From positions 8,375 through 72,374 of the forward strand of contig JBJEPP010000106.1 of assembly GCA_051881295.1 (NCBI GenBank): a stretch of DNA of 64,000 nt, given 5' to 3'. How positions within the stretch are numbered: the first letter of the stretch is position 1; every line of letters begins with the position of its first letter. The notes beneath the pieces are model-generated. The model saw only the letters and a list, made by a program, of their open reading frames with translations, did no database searches and was not told the DNA's origin. A program made the position numbers and the translations under genes. This document shows positions 47,367 through 57,632 of the stretch, one piece after another. Source of the DNA: Acutalibacteraceae bacterium. Its GTDB lineage: Bacteria > Bacillota > Clostridia > Oscillospirales > Acutalibacteraceae.

Positions 47367-48551
47367 TTAGTGGTGGAAAAGTCTCATTCCCGTAAAGGAC
47401 ATTGCAATACCGTATTTATTGCATGCTTCAATAACAAGGTCATCTCTGATTGAGCCGCCGGGCTGAGCAATATATTTTACACCGCTCTTTTTAGCACGCT
47501 CAATATTATCGCTGAACGGGAAGAATGCGTCAGAGCCGAGAGCAACACCGTCAATTGTTGCAAAATATTCTTTAACATCTTGCTCTGTAAGAGGCTCAGG
47601 CTGTTCGGTAAAGTATTTTTGCCAAATGCCGTCTGCACAAACATCTTCTTCGTTTTTGTTTATGTAACCGTCAATAACATTATCTCTGTCGGGTCTGCCT
47701 AAAGTATCTTTAAACGGAAGATTTAAAACCTTATCGTGCTGGCGTAAAAACCAAGTATCTGCTTTAGTGCCTGCAAGTCTTGTGCAATGAATTCTGCTTT
47801 GCTGACCTGCACCCACACCTATTGCCTGACCGTCTACTGCGTAGCAAACCGAGTTTGACTGAGTATACTTGAGAGTGATAAGCGCTACTATTAAATCGCG
47901 CTTTGCACTTTCGGGAATATCTTTATTATCTGTAACAACATTTTGGAGTAACGCGTTGTTGATTTCGAAATTGTTTCTGCCCTGTTCAAAAGTGATACCG
48001 AAAACCTGTTTATGTTCGATAGGAGCAGGAACATAGTCGGGGTCAATTTTTACAATATTATAATTGCCTTTTCTTTTTGATTTTAAAATTTCTAAGGCTT
48101 CATCTGTATAGCCCGGAGCAATAATACCGTCTGAAACCTCTCTTTTAATAAGGTTTGCCGTTGTAACATCGCAAACATCCGAAAGAGCTACCCAGTCACC
48201 GAAAGAACACATTCTGTCGGTACCGCGGGCTCTGGCATAAGCGCAAGCCAAAGGGGAGCTGTCTAAATCGGCAACATCGTCTACAAAGCAAGCCTTTTTG
48301 AGTTTATCCGAAAGAGGTAAACCCACAGCCGCAGATGTTGGGCTGACATGCTTGAAAGATGTAACAGCAGGAAGTCCTGTTGCTTCTTTTAATTCTTTTA
48401 CAAGCTGCCAGCTGTTAAATGCGTCTAAAAAGTTTATGTAACCCGGTCTGCCGCAAAGAATTTCTATTGGAAGCTCGCTGCCGTCCTCCATAAAGATTTT
48501 AGACGGTTTCTGATTTGGGTTACAGCCGTATTTTAATTCAAATTCTTTCAT
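47367..48551 (-). CDS. purH: AICAR formyltransferase (PurH transformylase domain only)
   Basis: 394 aa matching the C-terminal AICARFT half of bifunctional PurH. The MGS-like cyclohydrolase half is absent. Confidence 0.8.
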   Translation of the reverse strand: MKEFELKYGCNPNQKPSKIFMEDGSELPIEILCGRPGYINFLDAFNSWQLVKELKEATGLPAVTSFKHVSPTSAAVGLPLSDKLKKACFVDDVADLDSSPLACAYARARGTDRMCSFGDWVALSDVCDVTTANLIKREVSDGIIAPGYTDEALEILKSKRKGNYNIVKIDPDYVPAPIEHKQVFGITFEQGRNNFEINNALLQNVVTDNKDIPESAKRDLIVALITLKYTQSNSVCYAVDGQAIGVGAGQQSRIHCTRLAGTKADTWFLRQHDKVLNLPFKDTLGRPDRDNVIDGYINKNEEDVCADGIWQKYFTEQPEPLTEQDVKEYFATIDGVALGSDAFFPFSDNIERAKKSGVKYIAQPGGSIRDDLVIEACNKYGIAMSFTGMRLFHH

Positions 48552-48562
48552 TTTGACTCTCC

Positions 48563-49282
48563 TTACCTGTTTTTGTTAATAAGTCTGTTATCTTCTTTAC
48601 CTGTTTCTAAATCGGTGTAACGAACATAAAGAGAAATTTTGTTATCGCTGTCAAGAGCATTCCAAAGTCTGTTTGTAAACTCGTCAATATCGTCTGTCAT
48701 AGCCATTCTTTCAGGCTCACCTTGGAATGTTGGGATTGGGTTGCCGTCACAAACATAAGTGTGAATAAAGTGACCTAAGCCGTTAACAGCAGGGTAAGAG
48801 AATGTGTATCTGTTGCAAGCGGTGCCCTCGCTGTCTGCACTTTTTAAAATGCTCATTTCATAGGAAATATCGCCCTCGTCAAATGTAACAACGCCGCTTA
48901 TTCTGGGGGTTAAGTTAGGAGCGTCAGGCTCAAATTCACGGGAGGTAAGTGCTTCGCTCATTGAAAGCCCGTTTTTAAGACCCTCGTAAATAGTATCTGT
49001 TTGGTCGCCGTTAGTAACTATAAGTTTATTTTCATATTCTCTTACGGCGGCATAGATAATAAGTGACGGGTCCTCTACCTTTGACGCGTCAAAAGGTTCT
49101 GTAAAAACAGCGCCGTCACGCTCTGTGAATACTCTGTTTCTGCTGTTGGCACTTCTGCCCATAATGAAATATGCCGAAACTGCGTTTTTGCCGTTTGGAG
49201 TTTTGCCTAAAACAATACCTCTGCCAACATAAGAGTTACCTTGGATTAAACTTTCCAATTCATTAACTGCGTAAATATTCAT
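48563..49282 (-). CDS. IMP cyclohydrolase, archaeal PurO-like
   Basis: 239 aa. YVGRGIVLGK, FIMGRSANSRNR, VTNGDQTDTI and EPDAPNLTPRI parallel PurO motifs. Confidence 0.7.
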   Translation of the reverse strand: MNIYAVNELESLIQGNSYVGRGIVLGKTPNGKNAVSAYFIMGRSANSRNRVFTERDGAVFTEPFDASKVEDPSLIIYAAVREYENKLIVTNGDQTDTIYEGLKNGLSMSEALTSREFEPDAPNLTPRISGVVTFDEGDISYEMSILKSADSEGTACNRYTFSYPAVNGLGHFIHTYVCDGNPIPTFQGEPERMAMTDDIDEFTNRLWNALDSDNKISLYVRYTDLETGKEDNRLINKNR

Positions 49283-49285
49283 AAA

Positions 49286-49897
49286 TTACTCCCCCTCTAA
49301 TAAATCTTTTGATACTTTTTGTACAGATAAAGGAAGAATTTTCCATTCTGCTTCTTCCATAACCCGTTTTTGTAAAATTTCAGGTGTATCGCCATCTTTT
49401 ACTTCAACAGCCTTTTGCATAATGATTTTACCGCCGTCCGGTATTTCATTAACAAAATGAACAGTTGCGCCCGTAACCCTTACACCGTATCTTAATGCCG
49501 CTTCGTGAACTTTAAGTCCGTAAAAGCCCGCACCGCAAAATGACGGTATAAGTGAAGGATGGACATTTAAAATGCGATTTTCGTATTTTTTTGTAAAGCT
49601 CTTGCTTAATATAGTCATAAATCCTGCAAGGACTATAACCTCAATATCGTTTTCTTCGAGAGTTGCTGTGAGTTTTTCTTCAAAGCTCTCTTGTGAGCCA
49701 CACTCTTTTTTAGTAAAAGATACCGCTTTAATTCCTGCATTTTTCGCGCGCTCTAAAGCGTAGGCGCCGTGGTTATTGGAAACAACAAGAGTTATTTCCC
49801 CATCTTTAATAATGCCGGATTTCTCAGCGTCTATAAGAGCCTGCAGATTAGTTCCGCCGCCCGAAACCAATACCGCGATTTTTACTTTACGACCCAT
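49286..49897 (-). CDS. purN: phosphoribosylglycinamide formyltransferase
   Basis: KIAVLVSGGGTNLQALID, NVHPSLIP. ATG at 49897 follows GGAGTG. Confidence 0.9.
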   Translation of the reverse strand: MGRKVKIAVLVSGGGTNLQALIDAEKSGIIKDGEITLVVSNNHGAYALERAKNAGIKAVSFTKKECGSQESFEEKLTATLEENDIEVIVLAGFMTILSKSFTKKYENRILNVHPSLIPSFCGAGFYGLKVHEAALRYGVRVTGATVHFVNEIPDGGKIIMQKAVEVKDGDTPEILQKRVMEEAEWKILPLSVQKVSKDLLEGE

Positions 49898-49912
49898 AAA
49901 AATCACTCCGAA

Positions 49913-50950
49913 TTATTCTAAAATAATTTTTTCGTCTGCGTTAACAATCTCACCTATTACATAAGCGTCTTCGCCGTTTGCTTTGAGAATTTGTAAAGCG
50001 TCATCAACTTGGTTTGCAGGAACAACTACGCTCATACCTACACCCATATTGAATGTGTTAAACATATCTCTTTCAGGAATGTTGCCTACCTCTGCAATAA
50101 GCTCGAATATCGGAAGAATTTTAACTGAGTCCTTTTTAATTTTTGCGCAGAAGCCGTCAGGAATACTTCTCGGAATATTCTCATAGAAGCCGCCGCCCGT
50201 AATATGAGAAATTGCTCTGACATTTACTTTTTCTAAAAGAGCAAGAATCGATTTAACATATATTTTAGTAGGTGTTAAAAGTGTTTCACCGATTGATTTA
50301 CCGCCTAATTTTTCACAAGGTGATTTAATATCGGCATTTTCAACATCAAAAACCTTTCTCACAAGAGAAAAACCGTTTGAGTGAACACCGCTTGAAGCAA
50401 GAGCAATAACAACATCCCCTGCCTGCATAGTTTTGTTATCAAGGATTTTGTCTTTATCTACAACACCTACAGAGAAGCCTGCAAGGTCGTATTCATCAAC
50501 AGGGTAAAAACCCGGCATTTCTGCGGTTTCTCCGCCGATAAGAGCAGAGCCGGACTGAACACAGCCATCGCTGACGCCTTTTACAATATTTGCGATTTTT
50601 TCGGGAACATTTTTACCGCAGGCTATATAATCGAGGAAGAAAAGGGGTTTTGCACCGCAACAAATAACATCGTTTACACACATTGCAACACAGTCAATTC
50701 CTACCGTGTCGTGCTTATCCATAATAAAAGCAAGCTTAAGCTTTGTGCCTACACCGTCCGTGCCGCTTACAAGCACAGGTTTAGCGTAACCCTCAGGAAG
50801 CTCAAAAAGACCGCCGAAGCCGCCCACATCGGAGCAAACGCCCTCTGTAATAGTTTTAGCAACATATTGCTTCATAAGTTCAACTGATTTGTAACCCGCA
50901 GTAATATCAACACCTGCTGCTGCGTAGCTGTCTGATTTTGAGTTGTTCAT
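49913..50950 (-). CDS. purM: phosphoribosylformylglycinamidine cyclo-ligase (AIR synthetase)
   Basis: [22 protein letters not shown]; AIRS N- and C-terminal domains. Confidence 0.92.
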   Translation of the reverse strand: MNNSKSDSYAAAGVDITAGYKSVELMKQYVAKTITEGVCSDVGGFGGLFELPEGYAKPVLVSGTDGVGTKLKLAFIMDKHDTVGIDCVAMCVNDVICCGAKPLFFLDYIACGKNVPEKIANIVKGVSDGCVQSGSALIGGETAEMPGFYPVDEYDLAGFSVGVVDKDKILDNKTMQAGDVVIALASSGVHSNGFSLVRKVFDVENADIKSPCEKLGGKSIGETLLTPTKIYVKSILALLEKVNVRAISHITGGGFYENIPRSIPDGFCAKIKKDSVKILPIFELIAEVGNIPERDMFNTFNMGVGMSVVVPANQVDDALQILKANGEDAYVIGEIVNADEKIILE

Positions 50951-50997
50951 AATAATTTCTCCTACATAATATTTTAAAGGTTTGTTTTGTCTGTTAC

Positions 50998-52425
50998 TTA
51001 ATCTTCGTTACCGTTCCAACAATATGTACAAAGCTCTTCACGGGGCAAGCCGATAGCTTTTACCACACCGTCTAATGTTTGGAACTCTAATGACGCAAAA
51101 TTCAACTTTTGACAAATTGCTTTTCTTAAAGCCTTGCCGCGCTCGGTAGAACCGTCCGCATATTCTTCCAAGTATTTTAAACCGTCTTCGCCCTCAAGCT
51201 CTGCAATAGTCTGCCTTGAAATAAGCTCCATTTCAGAGGTGGCTCTTGAGAAGTTAAGAAATTTACAGCCGTACATAATCGGAGGACAGGCAGAGCGCAT
51301 GTGAACTTCTTTTGCACCGTTTTCATAAAGAAACTCAACTGTTTCCCGAAGCTGAGTACCGCGAACGATACTGTCGTCAACAAAAAGAAGCTTTTTGTTT
51401 GCTATAAGCTCGTGAACGGGAATTTGCTTCATTTTAGCAACCCTGTTTCGTTCTTTTTGATTTGTCGGCATAAAGCTCCTCGGCCAGGTGGGAGTGTATT
51501 TTATAAACGGTCTTGCAAACTGAATTCCGCTTTGGTTCGAGTAGCCTATTGCGTGAGGTGTGCCTGAATCGGGAACACCGCTTACAAAGTCAATGTCCTG
51601 AGCGAGTCCTGCTTCTTTATCCGCCCGGGCTAAAATCTTGCCGTTTTCGTAACGCATACATTCAACATTTACGCCCTCGTAGCAAGATGTGGGATAGCCG
51701 TAATAAGTCCAAAGAAAAGCGCATATTTTTTTCTTTTTGCCCGGTTCTTTAAGAACTTTTACTTCATCGGCAGAAATCTCAACAATTTCGCCCGGACCTA
51801 ACTCCTTGTAATCCTCGTAGCCTAACTTTTTATAAGCAAAATCTTCAAAGGATACGCAGTAGCCGTCACTGTCTTTACCGATAAGCACAGGAAGTCTGCC
51901 GACTTTATCTCTTGCGGCTATCAGCTTACCCTCGTTAGTCAGAATGAGTATTGAAGCCGTGCCTTTGATTTTATCCTGAGCATATTTAATACCGCTTGCG
52001 AAAGTATCTTTTTGGTCAATTAAAGCAGAAACAAGCTCGGTTGAGTTAATACCCGTGCTTGTCATTGCGCCGAAATGAAAGCCGCTGTTTTCTACAAGCG
52101 TATCAACGAGTTCCTCTTTATTATTTATAATACCGATAGTACAAATGGCATAAGCGCCGTGATTTGAAAACATCAGTAACGGCTGAGCGTCCGAGTCGCT
52201 GATACAGCCTATTGCGCTGTTACCGCTCATTTGGTCTAAAATATTCTCAAACTTCGTTCTGAACGGTGAATTCTCGATTTTGTGAATTTTTCGCTGCAAA
52301 CCCTTCTCACTGTTCCACGCCGCCATACCTGCTCTGCGTGTACCTAAATGAGAGTGATAGTCTACACCGAAGAATGTGTCCAGCACCGCATCTCTTTTTG
52401 ATGCAATCCCAAAAAAGCCACCCAT
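50998..52425 (-). CDS. purF: amidophosphoribosyltransferase homologue with degenerate Ntn-glutaminase domain (Gly in place of Cys1)
   Basis: PRTase half is intact ([18 protein letters not shown]). The N-terminus [10 protein letters not shown] aligns with canonical MCG(I/V)xGI, but the nucleophile Cys is Gly. Confidence 0.75.
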   Translation of the reverse strand: MGGFFGIASKRDAVLDTFFGVDYHSHLGTRRAGMAAWNSEKGLQRKIHKIENSPFRTKFENILDQMSGNSAIGCISDSDAQPLLMFSNHGAYAICTIGIINNKEELVDTLVENSGFHFGAMTSTGINSTELVSALIDQKDTFASGIKYAQDKIKGTASILILTNEGKLIAARDKVGRLPVLIGKDSDGYCVSFEDFAYKKLGYEDYKELGPGEIVEISADEVKVLKEPGKKKKICAFLWTYYGYPTSCYEGVNVECMRYENGKILARADKEAGLAQDIDFVSGVPDSGTPHAIGYSNQSGIQFARPFIKYTPTWPRSFMPTNQKERNRVAKMKQIPVHELIANKKLLFVDDSIVRGTQLRETVEFLYENGAKEVHMRSACPPIMYGCKFLNFSRATSEMELISRQTIAELEGEDGLKYLEEYADGSTERGKALRKAICQKLNFASLEFQTLDGVVKAIGLPREELCTYCWNGNED

Positions 52426-52436
52426 AAAATTACCTC

Positions 52437-52931
52437 TTAATTGTTATATTTATCTTCAACTGCTTTGTTTTTCTCCAACACTTTTTCAGTATCTGCCCTG
52501 CGTTTAAGCGAAAGCTTTTCAGAGAGTGACTCCTCACTCAAAGAAAGAATTTCTATTGCTAAAAGAGCCGCATTTACTGCACCGTCTATAGCTACTGTTG
52601 CAACAGGAATACCGCTTGGCATTTGAACTGTTGAGAGGAGCGCTTCCATTCCGCCTAAATTCTGAGATTTGATAGGTATACCGATTACGGGGAGTGTTGT
52701 ATTAGCCGCAACAGCCCCTGCAAGGTGAGCCGCCATACCTGCCGCCGCAATAATAACACCAAAGCCGTTAGCTCTTGCATTTTCCGAAAATTCTTTAGCC
52801 TGAACGGGAGTTCTGTGGGCAGAGAATATATGCACTTCATACGGCACATCAAACTCTTTTAAAGTGTTTATTGATTTTTCAACTGTAGGTAAATCGCTAT
52901 CGCTGCCCATAATAATTGCAACTTTTTTCAT
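52437..52931 (-). CDS. purE: 5-(carboxyamino)imidazole ribonucleotide mutase / AIR carboxylase
   Basis: VAIIMGSDSDLP, SAHRTP, AAGMAAHLAG. Confidence 0.9.
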   Translation of the reverse strand: MKKVAIIMGSDSDLPTVEKSINTLKEFDVPYEVHIFSAHRTPVQAKEFSENARANGFGVIIAAAGMAAHLAGAVAANTTLPVIGIPIKSQNLGGMEALLSTVQMPSGIPVATVAIDGAVNAALLAIEILSLSEESLSEKLSLKRRADTEKVLEKNKAVEDKYNN

Positions 52932-52952
52932 TTTATCAACCCTTTCTAAAAA

Positions 52953-53095
52953 TTAAAAAGGCACACTCGTTCCCGTGAACAAGTGCGCCCAGACGGTCGG
53001 CTGAAATGGTCTGACCATTTGATTTGACATTGTGGTATTACCCACTATTTCTGCTCCTTTGTGGTGCTCCACTGAAAATTCCGTCAGTCACAGAA
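52953..53095 (-). promoter_or_regulatory. ZTP riboswitch (pfl motif) with expression-platform terminator, leader of the pur operon
   Basis: Minus strand: cuGUGACUGACGGaauuuucaGUGGagcaCCACaaaGGAG...(linker hairpin AUGGUcagACCAU)...GCCGACCGUCUGGGCG. The 3' CCGUC can pair with 5' GACGG (pseudoknot). GGCGCACUUGUUC-acgg-GAACGAGUGUGCC plus U5 forms the terminator (52955-52989) and overlaps the aptamer 3' end. Confidence 0.7.
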
Positions 53096-53151
53096 AAGCC
53101 ATTATATTAACATATACAGAGAAAAAGAAATCAAACTCTTTTTACACCGTA

Positions 53152-53181
53152 ATTTTACCATATCCGACAATTAACTGTCAA
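53152..53181 (-). promoter_or_regulatory. pur operon promoter
   Basis: Minus strand: TTGACA, 18-nt spacer, TAAAAT, about 55 nt upstream of the riboswitch. Confidence 0.55.
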
Positions 53182-53246
53182 GGCACGAATGCTCTAAGAA
53201 ATAGTTATTTTATCAAAGGTATTTGGTTATTTTCACAACAAATTAT

Positions 53247-53663
53247 TCAGTTATATTTTGTTTCGCAATACATACAACGGTAAATGCGTTTTTCCTTATC
53301 GGTTAATTTAAAGATATGCGGTAATTCCTGCTCGGAGGAGGTTATGCACCTTGGGTTCTTGCATTTTATTACATCTGTTAATTTTTCAGGCAAATCAATG
53401 GTAAGCTTTTCTAAAAGTTTACTGTCTTTAATAACATTAACGGTTACTCCGGGGTCAATAAAACCTATTATTTCCAAATCAAGTTCTATATCGGAGTCAA
53501 TTTTTATAATGTCTTTTTTACCCATTTTTTTACTGTTAACATTTTTTATAATAGCAACCGAGCATTCTAACTCGTCTAATCCCAAAAGATTATATAAAAC
53601 CATACCGTTGCCTGCTGTAATATGGTCTATAACAAAGCCGTTGCTTATGGAATCTATGTTCAT
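53247..53663 (-). CDS. pyrI: aspartate carbamoyltransferase regulatory subunit
   Basis: 138 aa with C-terminal Zn motif CKNPRC...CMYC. Overlaps the pyrB stop. Confidence 0.88.
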   Translation of the reverse strand: MNIDSISNGFVIDHITAGNGMVLYNLLGLDELECSVAIIKNVNSKKMGKKDIIKIDSDIELDLEIIGFIDPGVTVNVIKDSKLLEKLTIDLPEKLTDVIKCKNPRCITSSEQELPHIFKLTDKEKRIYRCMYCETKYN

Positions 53664-54580
53664 TTTTCTGCCTCCTCTAAAAGCTTCAAAATCAGAGCCA
53701 TTCTGATATATTTACCGTTAAGCACCTGTTTCCAATAACAAGCACGCGGGTCATCATCTACTGCAACGCTGATTTCGTTAACACGGGGAAGCGGATGCAT
53801 AATGCACAAATCCTTTTTAGCGTTTACCAACTTTTTAGGGGTGAGAATGTAGCTGTCTTTAAGTCGAAGATAATCTTCTTCGTTAAAGAAGCGTTCTCTT
53901 TGAACTCTTGTCATATAAAGTATGTCAAGGTCGCCCATAACACTTTCCAGATCGGTTGTTTGAGTGTATGGAATACCGTTTTTTTCTAAAACATCTTTTT
54001 TTACATAGCTTGGCAGTTTAAGTTCTTCGGGAGATATTAAAACAACTTTAATACCGCTGTATCTTGAAAGAGCGCTGATAAGGGAATGAACTGTTCTGCC
54101 GAACTTTAAGTCACCGCAAAAACCGATGGTAAAATCACCTAACCTGCCTTTTTCTCTTTTAATGGTAAGCAAATCCGCAAGAGTTTGGGTCGGGTGGTTA
54201 TGACCGCCGTCACCTGCATTTATAACAGGGATTGAAGCATTCATAGACGCTACAAGAGGCGCGCCCTCTTTAGGGTGACGCATTGCGATAATATCTGCAT
54301 AACAGCTTATGGTTTTTGCAGTGTCGGCAACGCTTTCACCTTTTGCGGACGATGAGCTGTTTGCTTCTGAAAAGCCTATTACGGAACCTCCCAATTCAAG
54401 CATTGCCGCCTCAAAACTGAGACGGGTTCTTGTAGACGGTTCAAAGAAAAGTGTAGCCAGTTTTTTTCGTTTGCACTTTTCTGCGTAGTCATCGGGATGT
54501 TCTATTATATCATTTGCAACATCTATAAGCTCATCAATTTCTTTAGTTGATAAATCAAAAATATCAATAAGACTTCTCAT
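53660..54580 (-). CDS. pyrB: aspartate carbamoyltransferase catalytic subunit
   Basis: [27 protein letters not shown]. Confidence 0.92.
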   Translation of the reverse strand: MRSLIDIFDLSTKEIDELIDVANDIIEHPDDYAEKCKRKKLATLFFEPSTRTRLSFEAAMLELGGSVIGFSEANSSSSAKGESVADTAKTISCYADIIAMRHPKEGAPLVASMNASIPVINAGDGGHNHPTQTLADLLTIKREKGRLGDFTIGFCGDLKFGRTVHSLISALSRYSGIKVVLISPEELKLPSYVKKDVLEKNGIPYTQTTDLESVMGDLDILYMTRVQRERFFNEEDYLRLKDSYILTPKKLVNAKKDLCIMHPLPRVNEISVAVDDDPRACYWKQVLNGKYIRMALILKLLEEAEK

Positions 54581-55213
54581 TTAAGCACCTATCCAACTTT
54601 CATCTGAAGGATTGTTTCTGAATTTAATAAGTTTAGCAATATCCCCTTCTTTGATGTAGCCTTCTTCTGCGGCAACCTCTGCAATAACATCAAAGTTTGT
54701 AAGCGAGATATTTTTAACATTTGCTTCCTTTAATCTGTCTATACCCTTTTGCATACCGTAGGTAAATATGCTGACAATGCCTAAAACATCTGCGCCTGCT
54801 TCTCTTAAAACATTAACAACTTCAATAACACTGCCGCCTGTTGAAATAAGGTCTTCTACAACTACAACCTTTTGACCTTTTTCGAGTTTGCCCTCGATTT
54901 GATTTTGTCTGCCGTGGTCTTTTGCGCCTGAGCGAACATAACCCATAGGCATACCTAAAATATGGCCAGTAATAGCCGCATGAGCGATACCTGCAGTTGA
55001 AGTACCCATTAAGACCTCTGCTTCGGGAAAGTTTGTTTTAACAAGCTCTGCTAAGCCGTTTTCAACATCTGTACGAACCTTCGGAGCAGTTAAGGTTAAT
55101 CTGTTATCGCAATAAACAGGGCTCTTAATACCGCTTGCCCATGTAAAAGGCTCTTCGGGTCTGAAGAATACGGCTTTAATTGAAAGTAAATCTTTAGCAA
55201 TAAGTTTTTCCAT
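54581..55213 (-). CDS. pyrE: orotate phosphoribosyltransferase
   Basis: PRPP motif [16 protein letters not shown] at 55213 ([10 protein letters not shown]) follows GAGG. Confidence 0.9.
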   Translation of the reverse strand: MEKLIAKDLLSIKAVFFRPEEPFTWASGIKSPVYCDNRLTLTAPKVRTDVENGLAELVKTNFPEAEVLMGTSTAGIAHAAITGHILGMPMGYVRSGAKDHGRQNQIEGKLEKGQKVVVVEDLISTGGSVIEVVNVLREAGADVLGIVSIFTYGMQKGIDRLKEANVKNISLTNFDVIAEVAAEEGYIKEGDIAKLIKFRNNPSDESWIGA

Positions 55214-55285
55214 TTTATATACCTCGCAAAACAATATATTTTCTGACAAAAGCCGACAGAACCGCAGTTCAGTCAGCCTTTTAAT

Positions 55286-55984
55286 TTACCCCACAAATTC
55301 TTTAACACAACGCTCATAAGCCGCAACAGGGTCAGCCGCAGCTGTAATAGGTCTGCCTACTACTATGTAATCAGACCCGATTTTTTTAGCCTCTGCAGGA
55401 GTCATAACACGCTTTTGGTCGCCTATATCACCGTCTGCAAAGCGAACACCCGGAGTAACGGTTAAGAAATCGTTACCGCAAACCTCGTGAACCTTACCTG
55501 CCTCAAGCGGAGAACATACTACGCCGTCAAGTCCCGCAAGCTTTGCATTGTGAGCATAATGCATAACAACCTTATCTATCGGCTCTTTAATGAGTAAATC
55601 ATTTTCCATGCTTTCTTGGTCGGTTGAAGTTAACTGTGTAACTGCAATTAAAAGAGGTCTTGTGCCGTCAGGACGGGTTAAGCCCTCTAAGGCGGCTTCC
55701 ATCATACGAATTGTACCGCCTGCGTGTAAATTGCAAATATCAACATCAAGATTAGACAGCACAGCCATAGATTTTTTAACAGTATTAGGAATATCGTGTA
55801 ACTTAAGGTCTAAAAAGATTTTGTGACCTCTTTTTTTAATCTCTTTAACAATGCTCGGTCCTTCGGCATAGAAAAGCTCCATACCGATTTTAACAAAAGG
55901 CTTTTTGCCCGTAAATTTATCTAAAAACGCAAAGGTTTTTTCTGCACTTTCAAAGTCACAGGCAATAATTACATCTTTACCCAT
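55286..55984 (-). CDS. pyrF: orotidine 5'-phosphate decarboxylase
   Basis: [25 protein letters not shown]. Confidence 0.9.
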   Translation of the reverse strand: MGKDVIIACDFESAEKTFAFLDKFTGKKPFVKIGMELFYAEGPSIVKEIKKRGHKIFLDLKLHDIPNTVKKSMAVLSNLDVDICNLHAGGTIRMMEAALEGLTRPDGTRPLLIAVTQLTSTDQESMENDLLIKEPIDKVVMHYAHNAKLAGLDGVVCSPLEAGKVHEVCGNDFLTVTPGVRFADGDIGDQKRVMTPAEAKKIGSDYIVVGRPITAAADPVAAYERCVKEFVG

Positions 55985-56895
55985 TATTTCGCAACTCCTA
56001 TTATATCTTTAATATTTTTAACACCGTATTTATCTAAAACTCTCGGCAAATCCTCAATAATCTCTTTGCAGGCATAGGGATTAACAAGATTCATTGCGCC
56101 GACTTCTACTGCTGTGGCACCTGCCATCATAATCTCCGCCACATCTTCGGCACTGCTGACACCGCCCATACCTACAACGGGAATGTTAACGGCATTTGCT
56201 ACCTGATAAACCATTCTGACTGCTACGGGGAATATGGCACTGCCTGAAAAGCCGCCCATTTTATTTGCGATAACCGGCTTTTTGGTTTTTAAATCTATAC
56301 GCATACCCAAAAGAGTATTTATAAGGCTTATACCGTCTGCACCGTTTTCTTCACAGCATTTTGCAATAGATACAATATCTGTAACATTCGGTGAAAGCTT
56401 TATGATGACAGGTTTTTTTGTTACTGCTTTTACGGCTTTTGTAACTTCGCCTGCCGCCTCGGGAGAAGTACCGAAGCTCATACCTCCGCCGTGAACATTA
56501 GGGCAGCTTACATTAACCTCAAGCCAGCCTACCTGTTCTTCTTTATCGAGTTTTTCGCAAGTATAAGCATAATCTTCAACAGAAAAGCCGCTTACATTTG
56601 CCATAACTTTTTTATTAAAGCATTTTGAAAGTTTAGGTAATTCTTCACCTATAACTTTTTCTACACCCGGATTTTGAAGACCTACGGCATTTATCATACC
56701 CGCTGTGCATTCTGCTATACGAGGTGTAGGATTACCGAAACGAGGGTCTTTTGTGGTGCCTTTAAACGAGAATGTACCAAGGCAATTTATATCGTAAAGC
56801 TCTGCAAATTCATAGCCGTAGCCGAATGTACCGCTTGCGGGAATTACAGGATTTTCTAACTCTATACCGCAAAGGTCAACACTTAATCTTCCCAA
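55984..56895 (-). CDS. pyrD: dihydroorotate dehydrogenase 1B, catalytic subunit
   Basis: Class 1B DHOD pattern ([27 protein letters not shown]), preceded by pyrK. Confidence 0.9.
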   Translation of the reverse strand: MGRLSVDLCGIELENPVIPASGTFGYGYEFAELYDINCLGTFSFKGTTKDPRFGNPTPRIAECTAGMINAVGLQNPGVEKVIGEELPKLSKCFNKKVMANVSGFSVEDYAYTCEKLDKEEQVGWLEVNVSCPNVHGGGMSFGTSPEAAGEVTKAVKAVTKKPVIIKLSPNVTDIVSIAKCCEENGADGISLINTLLGMRIDLKTKKPVIANKMGGFSGSAIFPVAVRMVYQVANAVNIPVVGMGGVSSAEDVAEIMMAGATAVEVGAMNLVNPYACKEIIEDLPRVLDKYGVKNIKDIIGVAK

Positions 56896-57620
56896 AGTAT
56901 TTCCTCCTTTTTAAGCACAGGGCCGTCTTTACAAATCCGTTTGTAGCCTGTAACGGTTTTACAGGAGCAGCCCATACAAGCGCCGAAGCCGCAGCCCATT
57001 CTTTCTTCAAAACTGAACTGACCCGATGTATGGGTCGATTTATAAACGGCTTTAAGCATCGGCTCGGGACCGCATGTGTAAAAATATGTATAATCCATAT
57101 CTTTTACAGCGTCCGTAACAAAGCCTTTAATACCGTAAGAGCCGTCTGCCGTTGCAACCTTTACAGTTGCGCCCAAAGACTTGAACTCGTCTTCATAAAA
57201 AACCTCGTTCTTAGTATTAAAGCCCAAAATAACAGTAACCTCTTTACCCTCTTTCAAAAGATTTTTTGCTAATTTGTAAAGAGGAGGAACACCTACGCCG
57301 CCGCCTAAAAGAAGAACCTTTTCGCCCGAAAGCGATGTATCGTAACCGTTGCCCAGACCAGTGAGAACATCTAACTCTTCGCCCTCTGCCATATAAGACA
57401 TCTGCTCGGTGCCTTTACCCACTACTTTATAAACTATGGTTAGCACGCCGTTTTCACAGTCGCAAACAGAAATGGGCCGCCTTAAATATAAGCCGTCAAG
57501 CTGAATATTTACAAACTGACCTGAAGCTGTTATTTCACTCACATCTCCCGAAAGCTCCATTTTATAAACTGTTTCGGTTAAGGGTTTGTTTGATTTAACA
57601 GTAAAAATACTTTGTTTCAT
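56883..57620 (-). CDS. pyrK: dihydroorotate dehydrogenase electron-transfer subunit
   Basis: FNR-like fold with C-terminal 2Fe-2S cysteines (CGFGACMGCSC). Confidence 0.88.
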   Translation of the reverse strand: MKQSIFTVKSNKPLTETVYKMELSGDVSEITASGQFVNIQLDGLYLRRPISVCDCENGVLTIVYKVVGKGTEQMSYMAEGEELDVLTGLGNGYDTSLSGEKVLLLGGGVGVPPLYKLAKNLLKEGKEVTVILGFNTKNEVFYEDEFKSLGATVKVATADGSYGIKGFVTDAVKDMDYTYFYTCGPEPMLKAVYKSTHTSGQFSFEERMGCGFGACMGCSCKTVTGYKRICKDGPVLKKEEILWED

Positions 57621-57632
57621 AATAATCCTAAC

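Noticed and set aside
53284-53706. 140-aa plus-strand ORF, and a similar 166-aa ORF at 56772..57272
   Set aside because: They are antisense to pyrI/pyrB and pyrD/pyrK, which are unambiguous.
55250-55285. GCCGACAG-containing stem-loop between pyrF and pyrE as a further copy of the repeat family
   Set aside because: It shares only an 8-mer, is antisense relative to the operon, and has no 7-nt periodic array. It is probably an ordinary intra-operon hairpin.
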